Assembly (NCBI GenBank): GCA_024704765.1
Contig: JAKMXF010000299.1
Coordinates: 372,001 to 436,000, forward strand
Source of the DNA: Oopsacas minuta
Lineage: Eukaryota > Animalia > Porifera
Direction of reading: 5' to 3'
Length of the DNA: 64,000 bases
A program made the translations under genes and the position numbers. The notes below the pieces were generated by a model, which saw only the letters and a list, made by a program, of their open reading frames with translations, was not told the DNA's origin and did no database searches. Shown here piece by piece: positions 35,578-46,600 of the stretch (within the stretch, counting starts at the first letter, position 1; each line of letters starts with the position of its first letter).

Positions 35578-36192
35578 GGCTATGGTTGAAGGCCGTGACA
35601 TAATTCTCTATTCAATAATTAATTTGGATCTCTTCCCAAGTACTATAGATTATCATATAGAATACAAACAGATTGCATTAGTCTAAACTATTTTGGAACA
35701 TGGACAATATTGAAAACAGATTTACTCTCTCAAACTAAAAATCCGTATAAATGTGTTGATGTGTTTATATTGATAGTTAATTAAGGTTATTTGGCAGCCT
35801 GCAAGGGCTGCAGATAACATTTTCAGGTAGAGGGGTAGCTAGGGCCGTACTCCCTGCTCCCTGGCTACGCCTTTCTTCGAAATTTTCAAGAAAACTTGTC
35901 CGTCCCGTTCTGTGAATTAAGGAAGCCCCCTGTTAATGAGAAACTTTTTTCAGCTCTATATGCACATGATGTCCATCTAAGCATGGGGGTGGCCGACGCG
36001 ACATTTCGTTATCATTATCTCATTATTTTATGACCTTATCATATCAATTCATGGAAATACTTCTGTGATTATACGTGTTAATTATTGAATTACATGTCAG
36101 GTCTCTTCACCCATCAATCATAATTCGTTAGTGAATATTCAATATTGTAATAATTTATCAAATTATATTTCAAACTATTATATCACTAAGCC

Positions 36193-38034
36193 ATGAAACG
36201 TTGTGAAGATTCTTCAAATGATTATCCCTCAAACAAACGTACGAAAACTACAGATCAAGTCCCAGAAGACATCGACGAAGTCCCATGTGTATCTAAAGTG
36301 ATAGCTGATCCAGTGTGTCCCGAACAAAAAATTGAGAGAGAAAATCTTGTTGGGATAACAAAATTTGCGAATCCAACTCTCACTCCCTTCCATGGAGTGA
36401 TAAAAACAAGATTTTCAGATTTCCATGTAAATGAAATCAGTTTGGAAGGAAAAACAATTGAATTAACTCAGTTGGGCACTCAATCAGCTGATGAGCAAGA
36501 ATCAATTGCTAAGGCTAACCCTGACAACACAGTAGCAGAAATAGAAGGTCTATCTTCTCCTCAACTCGTGGATGAACTCAAGAAAATAATCCCAGAAAAT
36601 ATAGTCACAGAATTAGAAAATTTGAATTCCGAATCCTCCCAGGATTCAATTGTAATTCCTCTGATTCAAGAGAAAGAAATTAGAAAGAATATTCATTTTC
36701 TGATAAAGCGCGTTTATCCAAACCTCGCTACAAGTGCTAAAGACAACCAAATAACAGTACATCACTCAGAACACATACCATCTGACCACCTCCGTAACGT
36801 AGGTTGGCCGAAAAAACTTCCTACATTTTGTCAATGTGTACTCTTCAAAGAGAACATTGATACGCTTCAGGCGATTTCAACTCTCTCCCATAGACTCAAC
36901 ATAAAACAAAGTGCTATAGGCTACGCAGGGATTAAAGACAAAAGAGCGAAGACATCTCAACTGATAACATTTCGTCGTATGAATGCTAAACGACTGGTCG
37001 GCCTGAATAAAGCAAAATCTCATATAAAGCTAGGTAACTTTAGCTATGTTGATAAGCACTTGAAATTAGGTGATTTGACTGGTAACAAATTTAGGATAGT
37101 TATTCGTAATATCAACTGTGAAATAACTGATTTGACATCATCTATTGAATCACTGAAGAAAAATGGATTCGTGAATTACTTCGGTCTACAACGTTTCGGC
37201 AATATAGGAGGAGAAACGCATATTGTCGGTAAACTTATTCTCCAGAAGAGATGGGAAGATGCAGTCAACATGTTGTTGGGTGGGGAAAGACGTGATGAAG
37301 ATGAGAGAACAGCTACAGCAAGAGGGATATGGCGTAAAACACATGATGTTAAAGCGGCCTTGAAAGAAATGCCACGAACACGAACACACGAGATTACACT
37401 ACTCAAAGCTATTGAGAAGAATATACAAGCAAACAATTTCCAGAATATTCTACAACATTTACCATCTCAAGTAAGGAAACTGTATGTACATGCTTATCAA
37501 AGTTTCCTATGGAATTATTCAGTTAGCTCTAGGCTTGAATCTGATGACAGAAATTTGAAGGTAGGAGATAAAGTTTTGAATGGAGATGGTGATGTTTGTA
37601 CCATGGATGAAGATATGATTAATTCAGGAAAATATCTTCTAGAAAATTTAGTTATACCAACTATTGGGGAAGACTCTACGCCAGATAAGTTTACTCTGGA
37701 ACTTTTGCAGAATGAAAATATAGAATTTGACACGATAAAGACATTAACTATTGAATATCAACTGTGGACAAATTACAGAAAGGTTTTTATCAAGCCTGAC
37801 ATTGAAAATTGGTCACTAAAGAATTACACCAATTTAGAGGAAACTTTGGTACTTAGTGATTTAGATAAAATACAAGGATTTGAATCTACTAAAGTTGATG
37901 AAGATGCTATTCAGAGAACAGCTCTCTTATTAACTCTATCTCTTCCTAAGAGTTGTTATGCTACCATGGCTCTAAGAGAATTGCTGAGAGAAGATACAAG
38001 TTCTAGTTATCAGGCTACTCTCAATGCTATTTAA
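36193..38034 (+). CDS. PUS7: Pseudouridine synthase PUS7 (TruD family)
   Basis: FHGVIKTRFSDFHVNEI, catalytic GYAGIKDKRAKTSQ, GNKFRIVIR, GFVNYFGLQRFG, LYVHAYQSFLWN and LPKSCYATMALRELL. Confidence 0.95.
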   Translation: MKRCEDSSNDYPSNKRTKTTDQVPEDIDEVPCVSKVIADPVCPEQKIERENLVGITKFANPTLTPFHGVIKTRFSDFHVNEISLEGKTIELTQLGTQSADEQESIAKANPDNTVAEIEGLSSPQLVDELKKIIPENIVTELENLNSESSQDSIVIPLIQEKEIRKNIHFLIKRVYPNLATSAKDNQITVHHSEHIPSDHLRNVGWPKKLPTFCQCVLFKENIDTLQAISTLSHRLNIKQSAIGYAGIKDKRAKTSQLITFRRMNAKRLVGLNKAKSHIKLGNFSYVDKHLKLGDLTGNKFRIVIRNINCEITDLTSSIESLKKNGFVNYFGLQRFGNIGGETHIVGKLILQKRWEDAVNMLLGGERRDEDERTATARGIWRKTHDVKAALKEMPRTRTHEITLLKAIEKNIQANNFQNILQHLPSQVRKLYVHAYQSFLWNYSVSSRLESDDRNLKVGDKVLNGDGDVCTMDEDMINSGKYLLENLVIPTIGEDSTPDKFTLELLQNENIEFDTIKTLTIEYQLWTNYRKVFIKPDIENWSLKNYTNLEETLVLSDLDKIQGFESTKVDEDAIQRTALLLTLSLPKSCYATMALRELLREDTSSSYQATLNAI

Positions 38035-38285
38035 TTTTCGTTATACAGAGATTATAGACTATTTCTATAATTAATTCCTATCGTATTTTCTGACATTATT
38101 CTGTTCGTATTCTAATAGAAGTTATAAGTAGGGAATAATTTGAAATGGCATTTATCATCAGGTCTGGGACTCTTGGTTAAGTTATGTGGCAAATATTAAA
38201 CAGAATAGGTAAATATGTTATGAAAAACAAGTATTTTCATTACTATTTGGAAATTAATTTTCTTAATCTCAGTGATGATTAAATA

Positions 38286-38424
38286 GTGTCACCTCCACAA
38301 ACGGGGTCCCAGAGACGCCGAAAACCCCTTTTCCTGTTTCTGCAAAATTTCCCGTTTGTGGAGGTTCATTTGTAAGGGAATAGGGATTCGCTCTATTTTT
38401 CTCGTCCGTTTGTGAAGGTTACAC
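38286..38424. mobile_element. MITE-like inverted-repeat element, 139 bp
   Basis: GTGTCACCTCCACAAACGG at the left end versus CCGTTTGTGAAGGTTACAC at the right end (17 of 19 complementary). An internal third copy CCCGTTTGTGGAGGT starts at 38351. Related to 845-991. Confidence 0.6.
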
Positions 38425-39375
38425 ACTATGTTAATTCTATATTTACACATTACGTATATTATTTAGCAGAACACTACTGAAATCAACATTTCATGAACCA
38501 CCAATAAGTTAAGTGAGCACCTGATTCAACTGCCATGAGGAGCGTTGAAGTAATTACTTAATATCCGATTGTCAAGGTTTTCGATGGATTGTAATCTACT
38601 TCTTTTGGTTGAATTCGCAGGTTTAATATGGGCCAACCGTGTACATTCTGAATGTTAACACAAACTTATTTCTACTTCAAAACCTCTATCTGCTTTTGGC
38701 TCAGATAGATCCCATAGACAGGTGATGGCTCACTAACTTTAGTACAATTCTAAGAGTTAATATACTGTAGCGAATACACTTTTTATTGCTTAAGGTCTTG
38801 TAATATTATATGAAGCTTTACATATATTATTTTTGCTGGATTAATATTATATTATCCGTATTCCTGAATGTGTTTTGTTTTGTTTTGTTTGCTTACAATG
38901 AACCTGTCAATGAACTGTAGTTTACACTGATACTTTGGTGATGGTCGGAAATTTCATTATCTAGTGCGGCTTGCTTAATTGTCCCGCTTTTTTCTTCACT
39001 CAGGTTGGCAAGTACTCGTGGTCATGCTCCATTGTAATAACTATCCATTTGATGTGTAATTGGACGCTACATCCTACATACATGTGTGTCCTGTTTTACA
39101 ATGTACAACTCTGTTACCAAATTCTGTATCATCATTTCATAATTATGACAATAAGTGTTACTTGTCACTTAATTACCACCAATTTATTTCACAAGCGAAA
39201 ATATTTGGATGGAATAACTTCAGAAGACTTAGACAAGAACTCACATAATCTTTGAGCTATTTATAGCGTTCAATTAATTATGAATCATTCGCGAATCGAT
39301 TTTCCTTCCCAAGAGTTCCTATAAATTGCAAGTAAAATTTTAAACGCATCAAAATATTCCCAAAAATCAGACTTG

Positions 39376-40644
39376 ATGTACCCAACAGTCCCACAATCCT
39401 TGAAGAACCCAGTATTTATACCAGATGGTATACAGAGCATTCTGAATGCTTGTCACAAACTATATCCAACCCAAACCAACCCCAGACAGGTAATGGCACA
39501 GGTAAAGTTTTGGTTAGGCGGCCCTCACCCATTAGATTACGTCACTATATATCATCATGAGGGTAAGAAGGGGTTGTGTGTGTCACACTGGCATTATGTT
39601 AGTATGGGTCTTTCTGATCTACATGGGGATGGAAGGGTGCATGACAGGAGGCCCAGTTCATCATCTAGCGATGAGCTCAGCGGATTCGGATTCGAACTCT
39701 CCTTTAGACTGAAAGTGAAAATCGGAGGTGAAACACCTCCTCTCTGGCCCGTAGAACTATTACAGTCAATCGCTTCAAATATATTCAGTTCACGTGCTAA
39801 CTTCAAACCAGGAGATTACATAACTTGGAATAGTCCAATCGACAAATCTCAATCTTGTATTCTAACTCAGCTATTCATTATTGAGGATCCTAAATTATCT
39901 GAGATTCAAACAAAGGTTGGTCGTGTCTCATTTTTCCAGATAGTCCCTGCTAGCATGGAAGAGCTAAATGCTGCACAAAGCTGGAATGTGATGGGTGTTG
40001 TGGACTTGATGAGAGAGAGCATTCTCACAGGTGGCCCCTATCAAGTGTGTGATAATGGACGTACTAAAACTCTATACCAAATCAATACTACAGCTATGAC
40101 AATAATAAAACAACGGCTTAAATCAGAAGGAAACAATTTCTCTGGCTTTTCAACAGAATGTCATTGGTTTGATTCAACAGGTCGTGACATAAGATCTCTA
40201 ACTCCAGTCGACTTATTACAAACAGGATATGATTCCAATTTTGCTTCTTCCTCCACCCAGCTGGTATATTCTTACGTAGATCACCCAGAACTAAAGCGTA
40301 TAAGGGAGATTACTATTGCTCTCTGTGTGGAGGCGTTCCTTTTACTTCCGCTTGTGTTGCGGGGACGTTTGCAACACGGTAGGCATTTCACTTTCAGATC
40401 TTCGAATAACGAGATAGCAATCACACTAGTTCCAGAAGGTCAAGAAGGTACTCTAGTTTCACCGTCAATTCCTTATGTAGCAAAGTCTTGTTGGCTGCAG
40501 ATGTACACACCTGTTAGTTTACTCGACGAGATTCTTATTGTAGCTGATAACTTCTATAGTGAGTATACACCCGAAGAGAAGGTCAATCTCAAAGATTTAT
40601 TCCCATTCCCGAAATATTCACTTATTTTACGTATTGACTTATAA
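39376..40644 (+). CDS. SUFU: Suppressor of fused homolog
   Basis: VKFWLGGPHPLDY, HWHYVSMGLSDLHGDGRVH, SGFGFELSFRLK, PPLWPVELLQ and LPLVLRGRLQHGRHFTF all match SUFU. ATG at 39376 (the ORF track starts at the TTG at 39373). Confidence 0.95.
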   Translation: MYPTVPQSLKNPVFIPDGIQSILNACHKLYPTQTNPRQVMAQVKFWLGGPHPLDYVTIYHHEGKKGLCVSHWHYVSMGLSDLHGDGRVHDRRPSSSSSDELSGFGFELSFRLKVKIGGETPPLWPVELLQSIASNIFSSRANFKPGDYITWNSPIDKSQSCILTQLFIIEDPKLSEIQTKVGRVSFFQIVPASMEELNAAQSWNVMGVVDLMRESILTGGPYQVCDNGRTKTLYQINTTAMTIIKQRLKSEGNNFSGFSTECHWFDSTGRDIRSLTPVDLLQTGYDSNFASSSTQLVYSYVDHPELKRIREITIALCVEAFLLLPLVLRGRLQHGRHFTFRSSNNEIAITLVPEGQEGTLVSPSIPYVAKSCWLQMYTPVSLLDEILIVADNFYSEYTPEEKVNLKDLFPFPKYSLILRIDL

Positions 40645-41148
40645 GGTTTACATAATTTCATTTTTGCGATTATATCCAAGCTCGAGGGATCGCGATAATT
40701 ACTTCGATATATCCATGAATTATATTATTTGAGGCATTAAGAAGTACTCAAAGCACGCTCCATTTGTACTTAGAGCACACACAGGCCTCAAAATGCCAAA
40801 AACAACATCCAAGCAGGTAGCCACTAATACAGGGAAATACCCACTCCAACAGGCTATGGGTGCATACAATATTTGTACAATTGATTTCATGTTTCGATAT
40901 AGCCCGTGATGGATATACCGAGAGTTTACTCTGTTAATTAATTAATTACACTAGAAATCGTTTTTGGTTACCCCGAAAAAATGAGTTTTGTAGGTATTAT
41001 GGAGAAACAAGCACATAGGCAAGTAGGCAAAACCCCCGATTTCTACTTTACTATACATTCATATCTCGAAACGATGACTGTATTATCCAGGAATTATTTA
41101 TGAATTACTCATTTTTATGTGAAATAATTATTTTACAATTACAGTGAC

Positions 41149-42321
41149 ATGTATAACAGCCAGAAGCAAGTATTCTCTCTAGTTTTACTCTCAATTTTGA
41201 CCTTGAGTAATCCAATAACGATGAATATAATCCCGGAGTATCTAAATGGATACCACAGTGCAGGTGATTATTCTTGTGAAATACCTTGTGTAGTTAGAGA
41301 AAACAAAGATAACCCAGATGCAGAATTTTACCTAGCAATGAATGATGGAGACGTTTTAGCAGCTGTAAAAGGAAACTCACAAGTACCTATACGTATCTTA
41401 GGAGCACAAGAACCTCAACACTATTATCCCTTGTTGAAACTGGAATATTTGAGTAAGCATTTTGAGGGCTCAGCTCTGCTAGATAGAAAATCTGATCTTC
41501 CTTGGCCAATTATTCCAAATATGCATGTAGTTAAAGAAGTTAACATGCCAAAAGACGCACTACCAAAAGCTACATTTGTAGCTAGAAATTGTTACCCAAT
41601 GAATAACCGAAATGAGTACGTCAGAGTAATTGGTAATAAAATTGGGTTAATAGCTCCTGGCGAATGTCTGAACAATATGAATTGGCCAGATTGTAATGGT
41701 CGTCCCTGTAGTAAAGTAGAAGTTTTACGAGGATACAAGATACATCTGGCATTTGAGAATGGAGACTCTCCTGGATTTGTGACAGATAAACCATATCATG
41801 CATTTGAAGCTGGAGTATTACCAGTGTGGATGGGAACACGTGACATAGCAGATGCTGTCCCTAAAGGCTCGTACATTGATGTAGCTGAGTTCAATTCACC
41901 AGATGATGTCGCTAACTACCTGAAGTTAGTATTAGAGAATGAAACTCTGTATAACAGCTATTTTGAATGGAAAAAGAAACCATTTGACCCAGAATATGTT
42001 AAGAATAACGAAGTGTTGTGGACTGAAAGTATATTCTGTCGCATATGTTATTATGTAGATACACTCAAGAGAGGGTTAGAATGGGATCATGCTAGACAGA
42101 GAGCTAAATCTTCTGACGTCATTGATAGAAATATTAGCATCAATTTTAGTGTTAAGGAGTTAGCTATAGAGCCTAGTTGTCGAAATGGCTTGTGTAAAAT
42201 ATTTGGAGCTACTCATATTATGCTATTTATACTTCTGGCCAATTCAATCCTTATTCTAGTTGTTCTGCTCAGAAAACTGCCTATCCGGATTCCTTTTACG
42301 AGGCAAATTTGGGATCGTTGA
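41149..42321 (+). CDS. Alpha-1,3/4-fucosyltransferase (GT10 family)
   Basis: ATFVARNC and the GT10 signature YKIHLAFENGDSPGFVTDKPYHAFEAGVLPVWMG, plus YIDVAEFNSPDDVANYL and LYNSYFEWK. Hydrophobic segments at both ends. Confidence 0.85.
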   Translation: MYNSQKQVFSLVLLSILTLSNPITMNIIPEYLNGYHSAGDYSCEIPCVVRENKDNPDAEFYLAMNDGDVLAAVKGNSQVPIRILGAQEPQHYYPLLKLEYLSKHFEGSALLDRKSDLPWPIIPNMHVVKEVNMPKDALPKATFVARNCYPMNNRNEYVRVIGNKIGLIAPGECLNNMNWPDCNGRPCSKVEVLRGYKIHLAFENGDSPGFVTDKPYHAFEAGVLPVWMGTRDIADAVPKGSYIDVAEFNSPDDVANYLKLVLENETLYNSYFEWKKKPFDPEYVKNNEVLWTESIFCRICYYVDTLKRGLEWDHARQRAKSSDVIDRNISINFSVKELAIEPSCRNGLCKIFGATHIMLFILLANSILILVVLLRKLPIRIPFTRQIWDR

Positions 42322-42382
42322 AACAATTTCATAACTCATTTGTTTCTCATTTTATCATATTTCGAAATTTACTAAGTTGTAG

Positions 42383-43149
42383 CATAGCATTCTAGATACT
42401 AAGCCAATGGTGGTCACTGAAAAATTTGGACCCTAGATTGATTGAATAACTCAATATTCGCATAGCATAAATGTATTATTGATATCTGACAATACACTAA
42501 TTCAATTTCTACAAAGTATTTCCGGGCAGAAATGACGTCATCTGCGTGCTTAGTTAGCAATTATGTCAAAGAAATGCTCCAATGTTAAAATGCTATAATG
42601 AGTTAATTAGTAAAGTTATCGTTTCAAAATTTATGCCATGGGATCTAACAATGCTGCCGCACAAAATATCAAAAATTGTCATGATAAAGTTAGTGAGTTT
42701 CATAGTTATAGTAGTGACCATTGGTGGCATATTTTGGCCAATATTCATCCATAACTTGACACCCTTCAATGTTACGGCCAAACCAACTTACACAAATATA
42801 GTATATACCCGACTTCCCATACCATACTAATACATTTTGACTTGATATCTCTTATAACTATGACGTAATCTTGAAAATGACCATATATGGCATTATTGAT
42901 GACTTCGCAATATTCTTTGGAGATATCATCTCAAAATGTATTATTATGGTATGGGAAGTCGGGTATATACTATATTTGTGTAAGTTGGTTTAGCCGTAGC
43001 ATTGAAGGATGTCAAGTTATGGATGAATATTGGCCAAAATATGCAACTTTTTTATTTTATCACGACAAATAGAATTTCCTATGCAAATATTGAGGTATTC
43101 AATCAATTCATGGTCCAAATTTCATTGCCTTAGTGTATAGAATGTTATG
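42383..43149. mobile_element. Fold-back (long inverted repeat) element, about 770 bp
   Basis: Arms 42727-42840 and 42931-43044 are 114-bp reverse complements with 4 mismatches by my alignment. Outer arms at about 42383-42469 and 43076-43149 are also complementary. Possible 7-bp flanking duplication GTTGTAG/GTTATAG. Confidence 0.75.
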
Positions 43150-43603
43150 GTTATAGATATGTAAATTATCATTTTATTGAGTTAATTATGTGATTATACA
43201 TTTTATTGAGATTAAGCGAATTACATATTCTGCTGTTTATTGGTACAGCTATTACCGCGAGTTTCCCTCTTGGCATGGACGATATCCAACCCCCATTTGT
43301 CAGTTGATTATTTCCGGTGATAATTAATTCGCAAAATTTGTAATCAATAATTGATGTAGGATTTTGATCCAAAGAGGTACACGGAGCATTGAAGATTTTC
43401 CAGTAATTACTAAATAAAAAATTTTTGATTACATTCCGACGTAATTTTCGATCAATATGAAGACTTGAGCCAAAATTAATTTTGAACTTTATAAGTTCTA
43501 ACTGAGTGTTAGTTGTAATCGAATTTACATTGACCTCTAATTAGCTCTTTCGTAATTCACGCTTTTTATACTTTTAGTATTGATCAGTAGTTTACCATAT
43601 AAC

Positions 43604-46600
43604 ATGTCGTCCACGATGCTAGAGGACAAGAGTACGAAGGTCCTCTCTAAGCTGGACAATCTATTCTGTCTCCTCGACACAGGGAGTAACAGCTCAATTC
43701 GAAAAGCTGCAGCCGACCAAATTGGCGAAATCCAGAAATACCATCCTTCAGAGCTAAACAGCTTGCTTCCACGGGTGAAAAAGTATCTACACTCAAACAC
43801 CTGGGAAACTCGCATTGCAGCTGCACACGCACTTCACGCTATTATCATAAACGTCCCTCATACCGAGCTATTTGACAGCTCAGGTGCTACACCTAATCTG
43901 TCATTATTCTCTCTCGAGACGTTTGACATATGTCAGATTCTTAATCATGGCATTCCACTACTTGGATCAGCTGGTAATGAATATGCATACGAATCAAGCA
44001 ACACCTGTACACAGGAAGTTGTAACAGGCACTACTGAATTGAATAAAATTCAATTAGAGAAAAGATTAGGATTAGTTGCATCAGGTAAAGTATTCTCCAC
44101 TGGTTTAGAGGGCTTATTCGATGCGGATGATTTTACCATACACGAGGATCAAACACAAGAGTCTGCATCTACTGAAGATCCAGCTGTACCAATCCATTCT
44201 GACAGTGAACCGATGGTATTAGATACTCCTTCTACGTCGTCACTCAGTGTGCGTGAAAAAGCGCAATTAAAACGCAAATCTCGACTACTGGCTCGACAAC
44301 ATAACAAGCGATCACCTACAAATAATATTTCGCAAGAATCTGAATGTTTAAGCAAACTAAAAACTGACAAGAATGAATCAGTAGCTAAGCGAGTTAAACT
44401 CGAGCCATCTAACAACACGAACGAACCTGATGACGTAATACAAACTGACATAACACAAAATACATCAATCTCACCCACCCCACAATTAGAGGCTAGGAAC
44501 ACAAACGAATGGCCTTTTATTCAATTCTGTGAAGGTTCATGTTTAGATCTTTTCAGCCCTCAATGGGAGATAAGACATGGATCAGCATTAGGACTTAGAG
44601 AAATAATTAAAGTTCATAAATCTGATTCTGTTAATTCCTGTCCTCAATGGCTAGAAGATGCTGCAATACATTTTATCTGTGTACTAACTCTAGATAGATT
44701 CGCGGACTATGTCAGTGATGAGGTTGTAGCACCTGTACGTGAAACATGCGCACAAGCATTAGGCTTACTATCCCTACATCATAGTAACGAACAGCTGAGT
44801 CAAATCGTGTCTATTCTAATTCAACTAATTTCACAGGATAAATGGGAGATACAACATGGTGGATTATTAGGTCTTAAGTACATACTCGCTACTAGACCAG
44901 ATCTAGCTAGTCTCTTGCTATCCAAATCATTACCACATGTATTGTCACACTTGCTTAATGATTCTGCTGATGACGTTAGAGCATCTGCGGCAGCAGCACT
45001 TAAGCTTGGTGTTGAGTATATTCTGACTTTAGAGGGAGCTGAACTATCTCCTGTTTTAAAAGCACTCAATCACTGCTTGGAAGATCTAGACGATTTATCA
45101 GTCAGTACTACTAATGTTCTTGACATACTATCTGTATTGTTTTTGAAACGACAAGATTGTATTCAGCTATTGGAAGCTATGATACAGGTTGATATTTGGG
45201 AGTTAATTCAGAAAGTTATGCGTTTTACACCACACATACTTCACTCTGTAAGAAAATGTTCTGTGCTAACTCTCAAATCTCTAATACAAATAGCTCTCTC
45301 TCAGCACTATGCTCTAAACATTGAACTATTGACCCGACTTGTCAATCTGTGTTTTGAACACGCAGTGTTAGATCCTATGGAGCAGTTCCATCAGCTGTTC
45401 GCTGACCTATGGGAAACTTGTCTTAGCATGTTAGATGCTGATTTTGCTAATCAGCTCTATCAGAAGTTATATCTCAATTGGGTTAAATTGCTAGTTATTC
45501 CAGCTCAGAATCCAGTTACCCTTGAATATTTATCTTCAGAGTTTTCTCTATCAAATGATACTTATTCAACTCTACGTGGTGATTTGATATATCTAGGTGG
45601 AGCTAGTTTAATAGAGCTAGCTTCTGAACAGGAAGAGAAAGCTATGCGAGCTAGAGAGTTAGGTTCTAAATGTCTATCTTATTTTTTCACTAAACTTTCT
45701 GGAGAATTTCAACGTAAACTTTTCGGTACTTTAATACAGATGGCTTCAAGTATTGTAGCACAGGAAATTCTATGTAGCATACTGATATACTCAATTCTAC
45801 CTAATAAGAATATTTTAGATAATTGTGTTACAGAGAATGAAGAATTGATACAGATTCTAACTTCTAAACTAGAAGGAGAAACTATGTATTCAGAATTATA
45901 CCCTGTGCTTGATAAACTAATTCAGCAACAAAAGATCTGCTTCACTAACTTATCTTCATGTGATCTGTTGAAAAATTCAGATTTATTTTTAGATAATTTT
46001 ACGATTGACACTGCATTTAAGCTTTTGAACCATTATAATACATTGAAACAAGGTTTGGATCAGGAAGTCCGTGACAAGTTGGCCTTACCCTTCCAAGATC
46101 TTGAAGATGCAGCGAACACATTTAAGCAAGAATATGAAACGTTACAAACACGTGTTTGCGGTCAAATCGTGTCAGTATTAATCCTCATTTCTGATCTTCC
46201 TGTGAGACTCAATCCTTTTATACGACCTCTTATGGACTGTATCAAGAGAGAACCTTTAACATTCTTTCAGAGCAAAGCTGCCATCAGTCTAGCTATCCTT
46301 CTTCGGAAATGTTCCACACGTACACCCTCCCCAAACTCTAAGATAGTCAAAAACCTATCTATGTGGGTAACAATTGCTTGTAAAGAAAAGCCTTTCATCA
46401 TACCAGTATTCCCTGAGAATCTAGACTGGAATTGGAAGGATTCAATTTTCCTGAATCACCAATTATTTCAAGAAGAAAAAGAAGTTAAGCGTGGGAGAGG
46501 TCACCCCAAAACAGTTAATCTAGCCGCACTAACACAAATACATGAGAAAACACCTCAATTTATACAACAACGTGGAGCTGAATATTCTCTCAAAGAAATT

